A stretch of DNA of 63,134 bases, the filler included, from Octopus bimaculoides (lineage: Eukaryota), in the NCBI RefSeq assembly GCF_001194135.2. It is 8 parts of 5 records of this genome, joined end to end, with 100 filler letters (N's around TTAATTAATTAA, not from the genome) between each part and the next. Parts side by side here need not be neighbours in the genome. Positions count along the whole stretch, not along the records: positions 10,206 to 31,768 come from NC_068983.1; positions 31,869 to 41,311 come from NC_068982.1; 6 more parts are not named here. One strand, given 5' to 3'. Of the stretch, positions 23,874-34,020 are shown one piece after another; positions within the stretch are counted from its first letter, which is position 1; every line of letters begins with the position of its first letter. Both the position numbers and the translations under genes were made by a program. Below the pieces are notes generated by a model that saw nothing but the letters and a program-made list of their open reading frames with translations, ran no database searches and was not told the origin of the DNA.

Positions 23874-25146
23874 TCATAAATATACAGGGATTAGCATTGA
23901 GTTACTTCTCCAACATACTGAAAATTTAGAAATAGCAGTCAAAGAACTACTGATTCTAAACTACAAATTTTTCTCTAAACGGATGGCATTATTTATGGCA
24001 CGGTGTCGCATGGCCAAAAATTACCGTGAATTTTTTTAGAGACACTTTCAAATTTATCAGAATATCGGACTGAAGATTTGGAATAGAGAAATTTTCATTC
24101 TCTTAACCATGAAACGATCGTATCCGATTAACTAAAGACTTGTCNNNNNNNNNNNNNNNNNNNNNNNNNNNNNNNNNNNNNNNNNNNNNNNNNNNNNNNN
24201 NNNNNNNNNNNNNNNNNNNNNNNNNNNNNNNNNNNNNNNNNNNNNNNNNNNNNNNNNNNNNNNNNNNNNNNNNNNNNNNNNNNNNNNNNNNNNNNNNNNN
24301 NNNNNNNNNNNNNNNNNNNNNNNNNNNNNNNNNNNNNNNNNNNNNNNNNNNNNNNNNNNNNNNNNNNNNNNNNNNNNNNNNNNNNNNNNNNNNNNNNNNN
24401 NNNNNNNNNNNNNNNNNNNNNNNNNNNNNNNNNNNNNNNNNNNNNNNNNNNNNNNNNNNNNNNNNNNNNNNNNNNNNNNNNNNNNNNNNNNNNNNNNNNN
24501 NNNNNNNNNNNNNNNNNNNNNNNNNNNNNNNNNNNNNNNNNNNNNNNNNNNNNNNNNNNNNNNNNNNNNNNNNNNNNNNNNNNNNNNNNNNNNNNNNNNN
24601 NNNNNNNNNNNNNNNNNNNNNNNNNNNNNNNNNNNNNNNNNNNNNNNNNNNNNNNNNNNNNNNNNNNNNNNNNNNNNNNNNNNNNNNNNNNNNNNNNNNN
24701 NNNNNNNNNNNNNNNNNNNNNNNNNNNNNNNNNNNNNNNNNNNNNNNNNNNNNNNNNNNNNNNNNNNNNNNNNNNNNNNNNNNNNNNNNNNNNNNNNNNN
24801 NNNNNNNNNNNNNNNNNNNNNNNNNNNNNNNNNNNNNNNNNNNNNNNNNNNNNNNNNNNNNNNNNNNNNNNNNNNNNNNNNNNNNNNNNNNNNNNNNNNN
24901 NNNNNNNNNNNNNNNNNNNNNNNNNNNNNNNNNNNNNNNNNNNNNNNNNNNNNNNNNNNNNNNNNNNNNNNNNNNNNNNNNNNNNNNNNNNNNNNNNNNN
25001 NNNNNNNNNNNNNNNNNNNNNNNNNNNNNNNTATATATATATATATATGTTATATATATATATATATATATGTTTCTATTTATACATCCATACAAGCAAC
25101 CATACATATATGCATACATACACACATGCGTACGTATGTATGTATG

Positions 25147-25180
<34 letters not shown>

Positions 25181-25273
25181 TGTATGTATTATTCCAGAAT
25201 TAATCTTCTCAAATATTTGTCTATTTTGACTCCACCTAGTTAATATATCATCTTCCATCCACACTACAATAAT

Positions 25274-25317
<44 letters not shown>

Positions 25318-25820
25318 CTCCATAAACCCCCCTGTTCCCTACTTCACTCAACAACTCTGCTTTTATTTCGTATTTTTTACGCCTCATCCCTTCATCCTTC
25401 TTCTTTTGTTCGTCTTCTATATTCCTTTCTTCCTTGTTCATAAATATTCTAATACAGAAATTAATATTAAACTAGGAAGAGAGACTGCTAAAAAAAAAAA
25501 AGTACCATAGTGAAAAAAACAAACAAAACAAAACGAAAGAAATTAGTTCACTTCTAGACGAGCCTTGAGTGGAAACTTCAACCGATGTGAACGTTGAGCA
25601 TCAACCTTCTGAACTAAATAAAATGGCGTACAAGCCCAAACGCTGTGCAAGATGTCTAAATATTGTTCACGAGATAGCAAATGGCACTCTTCTTTTAATT
25701 TTGACTCTATATCTTCAGGAGGAGTTACCTCAATCCTTTCTATATTATTATTATTAATAATAATAATAATAATAATGATTTTATATATATATGCAATTCT
25801 GCTTTGCTTCCTTTATCCTT

Positions 25821-25893
25821 CTATTTGTTTCAGTCATTAGAATGCGGCCATGCTGGAGCACCGCCTTTAGTCGAACAAATCGATCCCAGGACT
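25821..25893 (-). mobile_element. Family A SINE 3' tail fragment
   Basis: tttcagtcatt...gcggccatgctggagcaccgcctttagtcgaacaaatcga; ends at a gap. Confidence 0.8.
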
Positions 25894-26001
25894 NNNNNNN
25901 NNNTATAGCAATAAGAATATGAAGGGGACTAATAGGTGGTACTCATCAACTTGCAGACATTGTATTATGTCAATTTACTTGTTTATTTGTTTACTAAAAG
26001 G

Positions 26002-26132
26002 ACAATAATAACAATATAAAAACACATGTGACATATGTCATATCAGTAATTATAAAAATGACATATAATAGAACAGAATAATTATTGATATGACATAATA
26101 TGTCACATGTGTTTGTATATTGTTATTATTGT
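26002..26132. repeat. AT-rich inverted repeat (~52-bp arms, ~24-bp loop)
   Basis: acaataataacaatata.aaacacatgtgacat.tgtcatatca vs its reverse complement at 26078-26132. Confidence 0.85.
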
Positions 26133-27080
26133 TTCTTAGTCTTTACTTTACTGGAAGTAATAGTTTGTCCTATACTTTTACAGGTGTAATAACTTGTCCT
26201 GTACTTTTCCAGGTTTATAATCTTAAGAATATTACTTTTCTTCATGCTCGCATTTTTCCATGTAATCCATGATTTTTCCAGGCATTGCTGTTATAAGATA
26301 ATTAATAATGTGTCAATATTTTAAGATATTACCTTATAAAATACTGAAAGATAATATTTCAATTTTTCCATGAAGTGATGTAATATTTCTATTTTTTTTC
26401 ATGTTTAATTTAAATATATGTTGTGATTAAATTATTTGATATTACCCATCCACACCAAATTAGTGGCAGGGAATTTTACCATCTTGTTGGTTGCACCATG
26501 GCTCACCAAACGTTACAAACAACAAAACCCCCAAATCATCAGTTACCAGGCTCATCTTAAGTAACCTAGATTTTGAGTTGGTGATAATAGCACTGACTGC
26601 TGTTAATCATGATCTATCAATAATTATTCAATACAACAGTAATTATAAAAGCATATCAGATATGCACAAGTTAAACTTACCTACATCCCATTAATATAAA
26701 TTTGATTTATGAAAAATCCCCTTAAATTAATTTTGGAATTTAAAAACTAATTTAGAATATAAGCACATTTAACCAGTGCCTTTCTGGACAGCTTTCAGGT
26801 CTGCCCATAGAGATACTGTCAAGAAATGACTATATTCCTGCCTCAATAAATTTAGATGTACATATCTGAAGCATATAATATATCAATGAACTCCCCTGAT
26901 TAAATGATTAATTAAAAAGAAAAGGAAAGCAACTAAAAAGAAAAGCAAAAAAACAAACAAACAAACAAAAAAACCGAAAGCTGAAAGAGAAAATTAATAA
27001 TAAAAGTTAAACTTACCTTAATTCAACAGTATATTAAAAATAAGTTTATTAAATACTTAATTAAAAAAATAAAATACACG

Positions 27081-27186
27081 AAAGTTAAAGTCAACATCGA
27101 TTGAATTTGAACTCAGAACGAAAAGAGAGACTAAATAGCGCCAAGAATTTCGCCCGGTGCATTAACGTTTCTGCCAACTCGCCGCG
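27081..27186 (-). mobile_element. Family B CORE-type SINE 5' fragment
   Basis: aatttgaactcagaacg...atttcgcccgg...aacgtttctgccaactcgccgc. Confidence 0.75.
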
Positions 27187-27588
27187 TTAGAGAAGAAAAA
27201 TTCATTTTAGAAATATATTCTTATGTTTAACATTAGAGCATGGGCATTAATTATTACTTCCTTACTTACTGACAATAAATTTCATCACATTTCACCAAAT
27301 AACATTTTTTTCTAGTAATTATTGTTCAATGCGACTAATGAATCTGAATTCCTCATACATTTTTTTTATTATTTAAGCTTAAGAAAAGTATAGTTTTAGA
27401 AATATAATATTTCGAAATCTCTCAGAGAGATTTAAGCAGTAGTGGAGCGATAAAGTTGTAGTATATTGTCAACTTAATGTGACAATCCTAATAAGGGAAC
27501 ACACTACTGCCGTTTAGCCCTAGGAAGCTGGACCGCTTCCTGTCGGCCTTGACACAATTACTGTGTCCTTAAGTTTGCGAGGGGGAGA

Positions 27589-27667
27589 CAAGCTACTCCA
27601 CCCAGCCTAGCCAGCGTTCAGGGACATGTTTCTGAGTCTTTGCTCGTTATCAGCCTGAAGTAGCTTG
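27589..27667 (-). ncRNA. Type I hammerhead-ribozyme-like motif (solo, within a ~200-bp element)
   Basis: Minus strand: CAAGCTAC-TTCAGG-CTGATAA-C-GAG(caaaga)CTC-A-GAAA-CATG-TC|CCTGAA-...-GTAGCTTG. Perfect 6-bp stem I plus 8-bp distal extension, palindromic ACATGT stem III, GUC site; G8 is A. Confidence 0.7.
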
Positions 27668-27840
27668 CCAGTATATTTTTATTTTAAAATAAAACAATTT
27701 ATGTTAGTAGAAGGTGAATAGGTGCCTTACTGCACCCCCCCACCTTGAGGTCGCAGATATTTTGATGTAACTTTTTTTCTAATCTCAAACTATTTTTGCC
27801 AAAATGTAGCTGCTCTTTTAAACTGTTAACAGTTTGCAAT

Positions 27841-27953
27841 TTAGTTTATCGACTCCGAAAGGATGAAAGGCAAAGTCGGCCTCAGCGGGATTTGAACTCA
27901 GAATATAAAGACAGTAAGCATTTTATCTGGCGTGCTAACGATTCTGTCAGCTT
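27841..27953 (-). mobile_element. Family B CORE-type SINE
   Basis: ccgaaaggatgaaaggcaaagtcg.cctc.gcgg.atttgaactcaga. Confidence 0.8.
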
Positions 27954-27977
27954 TACAGTTAATACTATTAAGGGGAT

Positions 27978-28120
27978 CAAGGCGACGAATTGGCTGAATC
28001 GTTAGCAGGCCGGACAAAATGCTTGGTAGCATTTGGTCCGTCCCTATGTTCTAAATTCACAGTCTGCCAAGGTCGACTTTGCTTTTCATCCTTCCGGGGT
28101 TGATAAGAAGGGTACCATTC
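27978..28120 (+). mobile_element. Family B CORE-type SINE
   Basis: ggcgacgaattggctgaatcgttagca...ggtcgactttgcttttcatccttccgggg. Confidence 0.8.
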
Positions 28121-29171
28121 AGCTCTGTGCTTCATTTAATCGACTTACTGTCTCCTTCGAAATTACTGGCGTTGTGTCAAAATTTGAAACCAATTTTATT
28201 ACGATGACTCTCAAGAAAGAATGAGAAGAATTAAAGATATGGCATTTTGGACATCACTTCTTCGGATACTAAAGGTAATTGCAGGAGAAACAGAAGAAAG
28301 GAAGAGAAGAAAAGAGATAAAAATGAAGAAAGCCAGGCTAAACGCACGTGGGTTAGGTTCTCATTCCTCCACACACTTAAACACACTTAGAAGTCGGGAG
28401 ATACACACAGGGAAAAAATATAAAATGAAGAGATTTTGATACGTGTTAGAAATTTGAAAAATTAATGTGAGTTAATTTATCAGAAAATTTAATTATAGTG
28501 AAAAGATGAACGTATTAGCAGTAAAAATGTTATAGCGTAAAGAAGTAGAAATGTTATAACTAGAATGAAAATTGCCTTCTTTTTTGTCTTCAAAATTGTT
28601 TTAAGTAGCTTTTTAATTTTCATGACGAGAAGTTTTTTTTATTAAATACACGTCAAAGCATAAAGCAATATATGCTTTTTACAGTCACTGTAAATCAATC
28701 ATGTGATTTCTCTGCAGAGATTCACTTTTCTTTTGACAATGAGTTATGCTTATCGTTCGATTTACATTTCTGTTGTTTCATATATTGTACTTTGCACCAA
28801 TCTACCTTATATATATGTGAATGCACAATGCACATAACTGCATCTAATGATCAGCTAGAAATAGCTATAAAGAATTACCTGCACTTCGCTATCCATGGTT
28901 ACCACTAGTGATACCATGGATTTTACTTAATTAGGTCGAACCATCCCGAATGGCTACGCGAATTCTCCTCTGTCTCCTCGACAACACTACTGGATGTATT
29001 CCCTGGATTTGTACCTCTCTGCCAAATCACTAAAAGCTTTTACCCTCTGGATTCTCTTGGTTTCCTGCTAAATTCATCTAGTTTTGCACTCGTTGCTGTA
29101 TAAATACGTCATAAATGATTATATGCTTTACAAACGCTCGTTCATATTTCATTGTATTTTGCCTATACATA

Positions 29172-30428
29172 CAGGGTGTCCCAAAATTAAGACAACCAAC
29201 TTTTGTCAATTTTGCCAAAGCAGAATATTGTTATATTTCGGGTCCGAACACTACACCGCAATAGTAAAGGAAACACAATTATGACACTACCACATTTATT
29301 CGATATGACCACCTCTGTTTCGAATCACAGCCTTAAGTCTAGGTGCCAATACTTCACACGCGGCATGAAGCTGTTCTTACAGAATCGAAGTCCATTTCTA
29401 GCGCAAATTTTGCCTTCAGAGAGTCGAGCGTAGCATGAGGAGTGCTCGAGACTCTCATCTTCAAAATGGACCAAACAGAAAAATCCAACGGATTAAGATC
29501 GGGGCTTCTTGATTCCATACATCCTTGCCTATGAACGACGGAATGTTTTTTTTCTGAAACCAGTACTGTGTGTGTTTGGAGCCGCTGGAGGTGCTCATTC
29601 GCCCATGGAAGTAGTTCAGTCTCCAAAATGTCACTAATATATCGCCGGGTGTTAATTTTGATACTCAAGGGCACAAAACCGAGGGGAGACCTTTCAGTGG
29701 CTGTCACAGCCACCTAAGCCATATCTGACTGTGGATTTTGACGTTGATTTACGAGTCTACTTTCGACGGAATCAAATACACTCCAAAGTCGGTCATTATG
29801 ATGGTTTATTGTCTGTTGAATGTCAAATTTCTTTTCATCAGTGAACATCAGGTTGAGCAGCGTGTCTTCAGCAATTTGACGCAGGATAAATCGACTTCTC
29901 TCCAATCTCATGGCCTTATAAACTTGCATGGACTCATGACGGCGGATCATCTTGTAGGGGTGGGTCTTGAGATCGTCCTTCAACACTCGATACGTCGATG
30001 TTCGGCTTAATTTTGCTGTGGCAACCAGTTTTCTGACGGAACGACAGATTTCGCCGTATCTTTTCTCTGGTACTTTTGAAAATCTGAGGGGTCTGCATAC
30101 TTCTTTTTCAGCCACATCTAGGTTGATCAGCGACGGAACCAGTCCCATGACAATTTTCCAAACTTTTATACGGTTAATTTTAAGTTTTTTTCCCTATAAG
30201 TGAACGTGGAAGGTTATGATTGTATTTCCCTATAACCCTTTGTGGAGGGTTATGATTGTATTTCAGTCTATAGCCATTATCTAATTTATAAACCTGAATT
30301 TATTTAGTCTGAAAGAAAAAGAAAAGCACTAAGCTTTTATAATGATGTATAATTTTTCATATCTTATCACACTTATTGATAATTATTAAAGCCAGAAATT
30401 TTGGTTGCCTTAATTTCGGGACTCCTTA
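29172..30428 (-). mobile_element. Near full-length Tc1/mariner element, maT (DD37D)-like, decayed transposase
   Basis: TIRs including flanking TA at 29170-29199 and 30401-30430 match 25/30. Minus frames give LKDDLKTHPYK, MFTDEKKF, SPDLNPLDFSVWSIL. The second catalytic D is damaged, so DD spacing cannot be confirmed. Confidence 0.9.
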
Positions 30429-30655
30429 TATATATATATATATATATATATNNNNNNNNNNNNNNNNNNNNNNNNNNNNNNNNNNNNNNNNNNNNNNNNN
30501 NNNNNNNNNNNNNNNNNNNNNNNNNNNNNNNNNNNNNNNNNNNNNNNNNNNNNNNNNNNNNNNNNNNNNNNNNNNNNNNNNNNNNNNNNNNNNNNNNNNN
30601 NNNNNNNNNNNNNNNNNNNNNNNNNNNNNNNNNNNNNNNNNNNNNNNNNNNNNNN

Positions 30656-30714
<59 letters not shown>

Positions 30715-30726
30715 ATGTATGTATAT

Positions 30727-30906
30727 ATGGTGCAAAAGTCTGGACCCATAGAAAAATTAGAAAAAATATTTCATAACATGATTTTGATCATTTAATTATC
30801 ATATCTAATTTTATTTTTTTTGTTTTTCAGATTGGTAAGCATGCCAGAAAAGCTAACAATGCCCGAAAGAGTAGAACTTGTGCTTCTGTATGCGCGAGCT
30901 GGCGCC
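30727..30906 (+). mobile_element. 5' fragment of another Tc1/mariner (maT-like) element
   Basis: ATG at 30841 gives MPEKLTMPERVELVLLYARAGA, resembling the N-terminal HTH start of such transposases; truncated. Confidence 0.5.
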
Positions 30907-30914
30907 AATTATTA

Positions 30915-31131
30915 CGCGGAAATGAAAGAGTGACTCGCTGAATTCTTTGAGGCAGGAACCGGTGGTTTCTACCAGCAAGGCATAAATTAACAAGCTAATT
31001 TCACGATGGCATGAAATTGTCAACAATGAAAGAGAGTACATTATTGACTGTCTTGTCAAAATTGTTTACGAAAAATCAAGAGTAAAATAAATGGAAAAGG
31101 AACGAACGAATTTATCTGAGAACCCATTGTA
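30915..31131 (+). mobile_element. 3' fragment of a mariner (DD34D-type) element
   Basis: LAEFFEAGTGGFYQQGI / KLISRWHEIVNNEREYIID resembles the mariner transposase C-terminus; ends in TIR-like gaatttatctgagaaccca. Confidence 0.6.
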
Positions 31132-31169
31132 AATATGTATGCATAAATGTATGCATGCGTGCATGTATG

Positions 31170-31380
31170 TACGGGGCATGCTGAAAAGTTCCTGGTTTTG
31201 AGTAAAAGAAAATACAGGGGGGCCAGCTCATTACGATTTTATTCAACATATTCTCCTCTCACACTTATTGCAGAAATCCTTTAGTTTTTCTAACCCTGTA
31301 AAAGAAATCGGAAAGTTGGGCCTACAACCAGGCCCTTGGCGACGCCCTTAAAGTCAAAAACTTTTCAGCATCCCCTCTTA
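31170..31380. mobile_element. Mariner-derived MITE
   Basis: TIRs tacggggcatgctgaaaagtt / aacttttcagcatcccctctta with TA ends. Confidence 0.8.
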
Positions 31381-31444
31381 TGTATGTATGTATGTATGTA
31401 TGTATGTATGTATATATGTATGTATGTATGTATATATGTATGCA

Positions 31445-31475
<31 letters not shown>

Positions 31476-31619
31476 ATGTATGTATGTATGTATGTATTTA
31501 TTTGTTCTCTTTCTCTTTTTTATTTAGAATTCATTCTTGACGGGCCAGCTACATGACAATAAGGTTGTGAAGGAAAACATCCTTTTTTTTTTTAATATTT
31601 TCCTTTAGATCATATCGAC

Positions 31620-31768
31620 GTAGGAGTGACTGTGTGGTAAGTAGCTTGCTTACCAACCACATGGTTCTGGGTTCAGTCTCACTGCGTGGCACCTTGGGCA
31701 AGTGTCTTCTACTATAGCCTCGGGCCGACCAAAACCTTGTGAGTGGATTTGGTAGACGGAAACTGAAA
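31620..31768 (+). mobile_element. Family A SINE head plus central domain
   Basis: Near-identical to 53708-53856; ends at scaffold linker gap. Confidence 0.9.
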
Positions 31769-31868
31769 NNNNNNNNNNNNNNNNNNNNNNNNNNNNNNNN
31801 NNNNNNNNNNNNTTAATTAATTAANNNNNNNNNNNNNNNNNNNNNNNNNNNNNNNNNNNNNNNNNNNN

Positions 31869-32559
31869 AGGCAGACACGCTCCTTCCACATCCCAGATCA
31901 CGCGGGACGCCCCTCAAAGTCTCCAACTTCCGCAGTAATGGCTCGAGAGTCAATACATACAGAAGGAAGGAGAGAGGACACCCTTGGCGAACCGAACGCA
32001 AGATGTTGAACGGTTGCGATAGATGGCCATTCACCCTTATGACCGAGCAGATGCCTCTGTATAAAGCAGCTATCCACCCGCGGAAGACCGGACCGAAGCC
32101 AGCTGCCTTGAGAACAGCTGCCAGGTATCGATGGTCGACCCTATAGAAGGCTTTAGACTGATCTAAATTGATCAAAGCCCCACCCGCGCCAGCTTCGTTA
32201 CCCACCCTCTCTATGATGTAGCGCATGAGATGGCGCTTGTCATGGATAGACCTGGTCGGCACAGCGCATGTCTGCGCCTTGCCGATTAGTTTGCCCACGA
32301 CAGGCGCCAATCTCTTGGATAGCACCTTGGCCAAGATCTTCAACTCTGTGTTGAGCAGAGTGATGGGCCTAAAGTTCCCTATCATGTCCCCCTTGTTTGG
32401 GTCCTTTCTTAGCAAAGCCACCACTCCTCGACAAACAAAAGCAGGAATTCTCCCGTTTTGTTGCCAGTTGCAGTAGACGTTTGCCAAGACGCCCGCAAAC
32501 AAGTCTGGCATTGACGTATAAAGCTCGTAATCAGACCATCCAAACCCGGCGATCTACCT
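31869..32559 (-). mobile_element. L1/Tx1-clade LINE reverse transcriptase fragment
   Basis: SPGLDGL (frameshift) ... NFRPITLLNTELKILAKVL ... LDQSKAF.RVDH ... RSVRQGCPLS: RT domains 0-4. Bounded by gaps on both sides. Confidence 0.92.
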
Positions 32560-33950
32560 NNNNNNNNNNNNNNNNNNNNNNNNNNNNNNNNNNNNNNNNN
32601 NNNNNNNNNNNNNNNNNNNNNNNNNNNNNNNNNNNNNNNNNNNNNNNNNNNNNNNNNNNNNNNNNNNNNNNNNNNNNNNNNNNNNNNNNNNNNNNNNNNN
32701 NNNNNNNNNNNNNNNNNNNNNNNNNNNNNNNNNNNNNNNNNNNNNNNNNNNNNNNNNNNNNNNNNNNNNNNNNNNNNNNNNNNNNNNNNNNNNNNNNNNN
32801 NNNNNNNNNNNNNNNNNNNNNNNNNNNNNNNNNNNNNNNNNNNNNNNNNNNNNNNNNNNNNNNNNNNNNNNNNNNNNNNNNNNNNNNNNNNNNNNNNNNN
32901 NNNNNNNNNNNNNNNNNNNNNNNNNNNNNNNNNNNNNNNNNNNNNNNNNNNNNNNNNNNNNNNNNNNNNNNNNNNNNNNNNNNNNNNNNNNNNNNNNNNN
33001 NNNNNNNNNNNNNNNNNNNNNNNNNNNNNNNNNNNNNNNNNNNNNNNNNNNNNNNNNNNNNNNNNNNNNNNNNNNNNNNNNNNNNNNNNNNNNNNNNNNN
33101 NNNNNNNNNNNNNNNNNNNNNNNNNNNNNNNNNNNNNNNNNNNNNNNNNNNNNNNNNNNNNNNNNNNNNNNNNNNNNNNNNNNNNNNNNNNNNNNNNNNN
33201 NNNNNNNNNNNNNNNNNNNNNNNNNNNNNNNNNNNNNNNNNNNNNNNNNNNNNNNNNNNNNNNNNNNNNNNNNNNNNNNNNNNNNNNNNNNNNNNNNNNN
33301 NNNNNNNNNNNNNNNNNNNNNNNNNNNNNNNNNNNNNNNNNNNNNNNNNNNNNNNNNNNNNNNNNNNNNNNNNNNNNNNNNNNNNNNNNNNNNNNNNNNN
33401 NNNNNNNNNNNNNNNNNNNNNNNNNNNNNNNNNNNNNNNNNNNNNNNNNNNNNNNNNNNNNNNNNNNNNNNNNNNNNNNNNNNNNNNNNNNNNNNNNNNN
33501 NNNNNNNNNNNNNNNNNNNNNNNNNNNNNNNNNNNNNNNNNNNNNNNNACAGTTGGCGAGTTCAATTTCCAGCTGCAGACACAAAACTTTTTTTTCTGTT
33601 TACCTTCCTCCGTTTGAAGGCTTTTCATTTCGATATTCCCCCTTGTAACGGTAGTCCTCGACAATAGTGGGAATTCGTTCTCAGATGAATCTGAAACATC
33701 TTTCAATAATATTTTTTCCACTTTTTTGGCCTCTAAATCTGTCGAATCTTCTTCAGACGAAGACACAGTTTTTGGCATCTTGCCAGCAATTAATGTTTCC
33801 TCCTACAGGGGAAAGCACACAATAGTTTTCGAACAAAAACTATTATACAAATTTAAACAGGTACAGCAAATAAAACAGGCAACAACACGGAGACAGTCAA
33901 CAGAAACTACACTTACTATATTAACGCACTTCGGTAATACCAACACTTCC

Positions 33951-34020
33951 AACTCAAAGAGACGAAATACCGCTAAGCATTTCGCCCGGCGTGCTAACGT
34001 TTCTGCTAGCTCACCGCCTT
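33951..34020 (-). mobile_element. Family B SINE head fragment
   Basis: gacgaaataccgctaagcatttcgcccggcgtgctaacgtttctgctagctcaccgcct. Confidence 0.8.
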
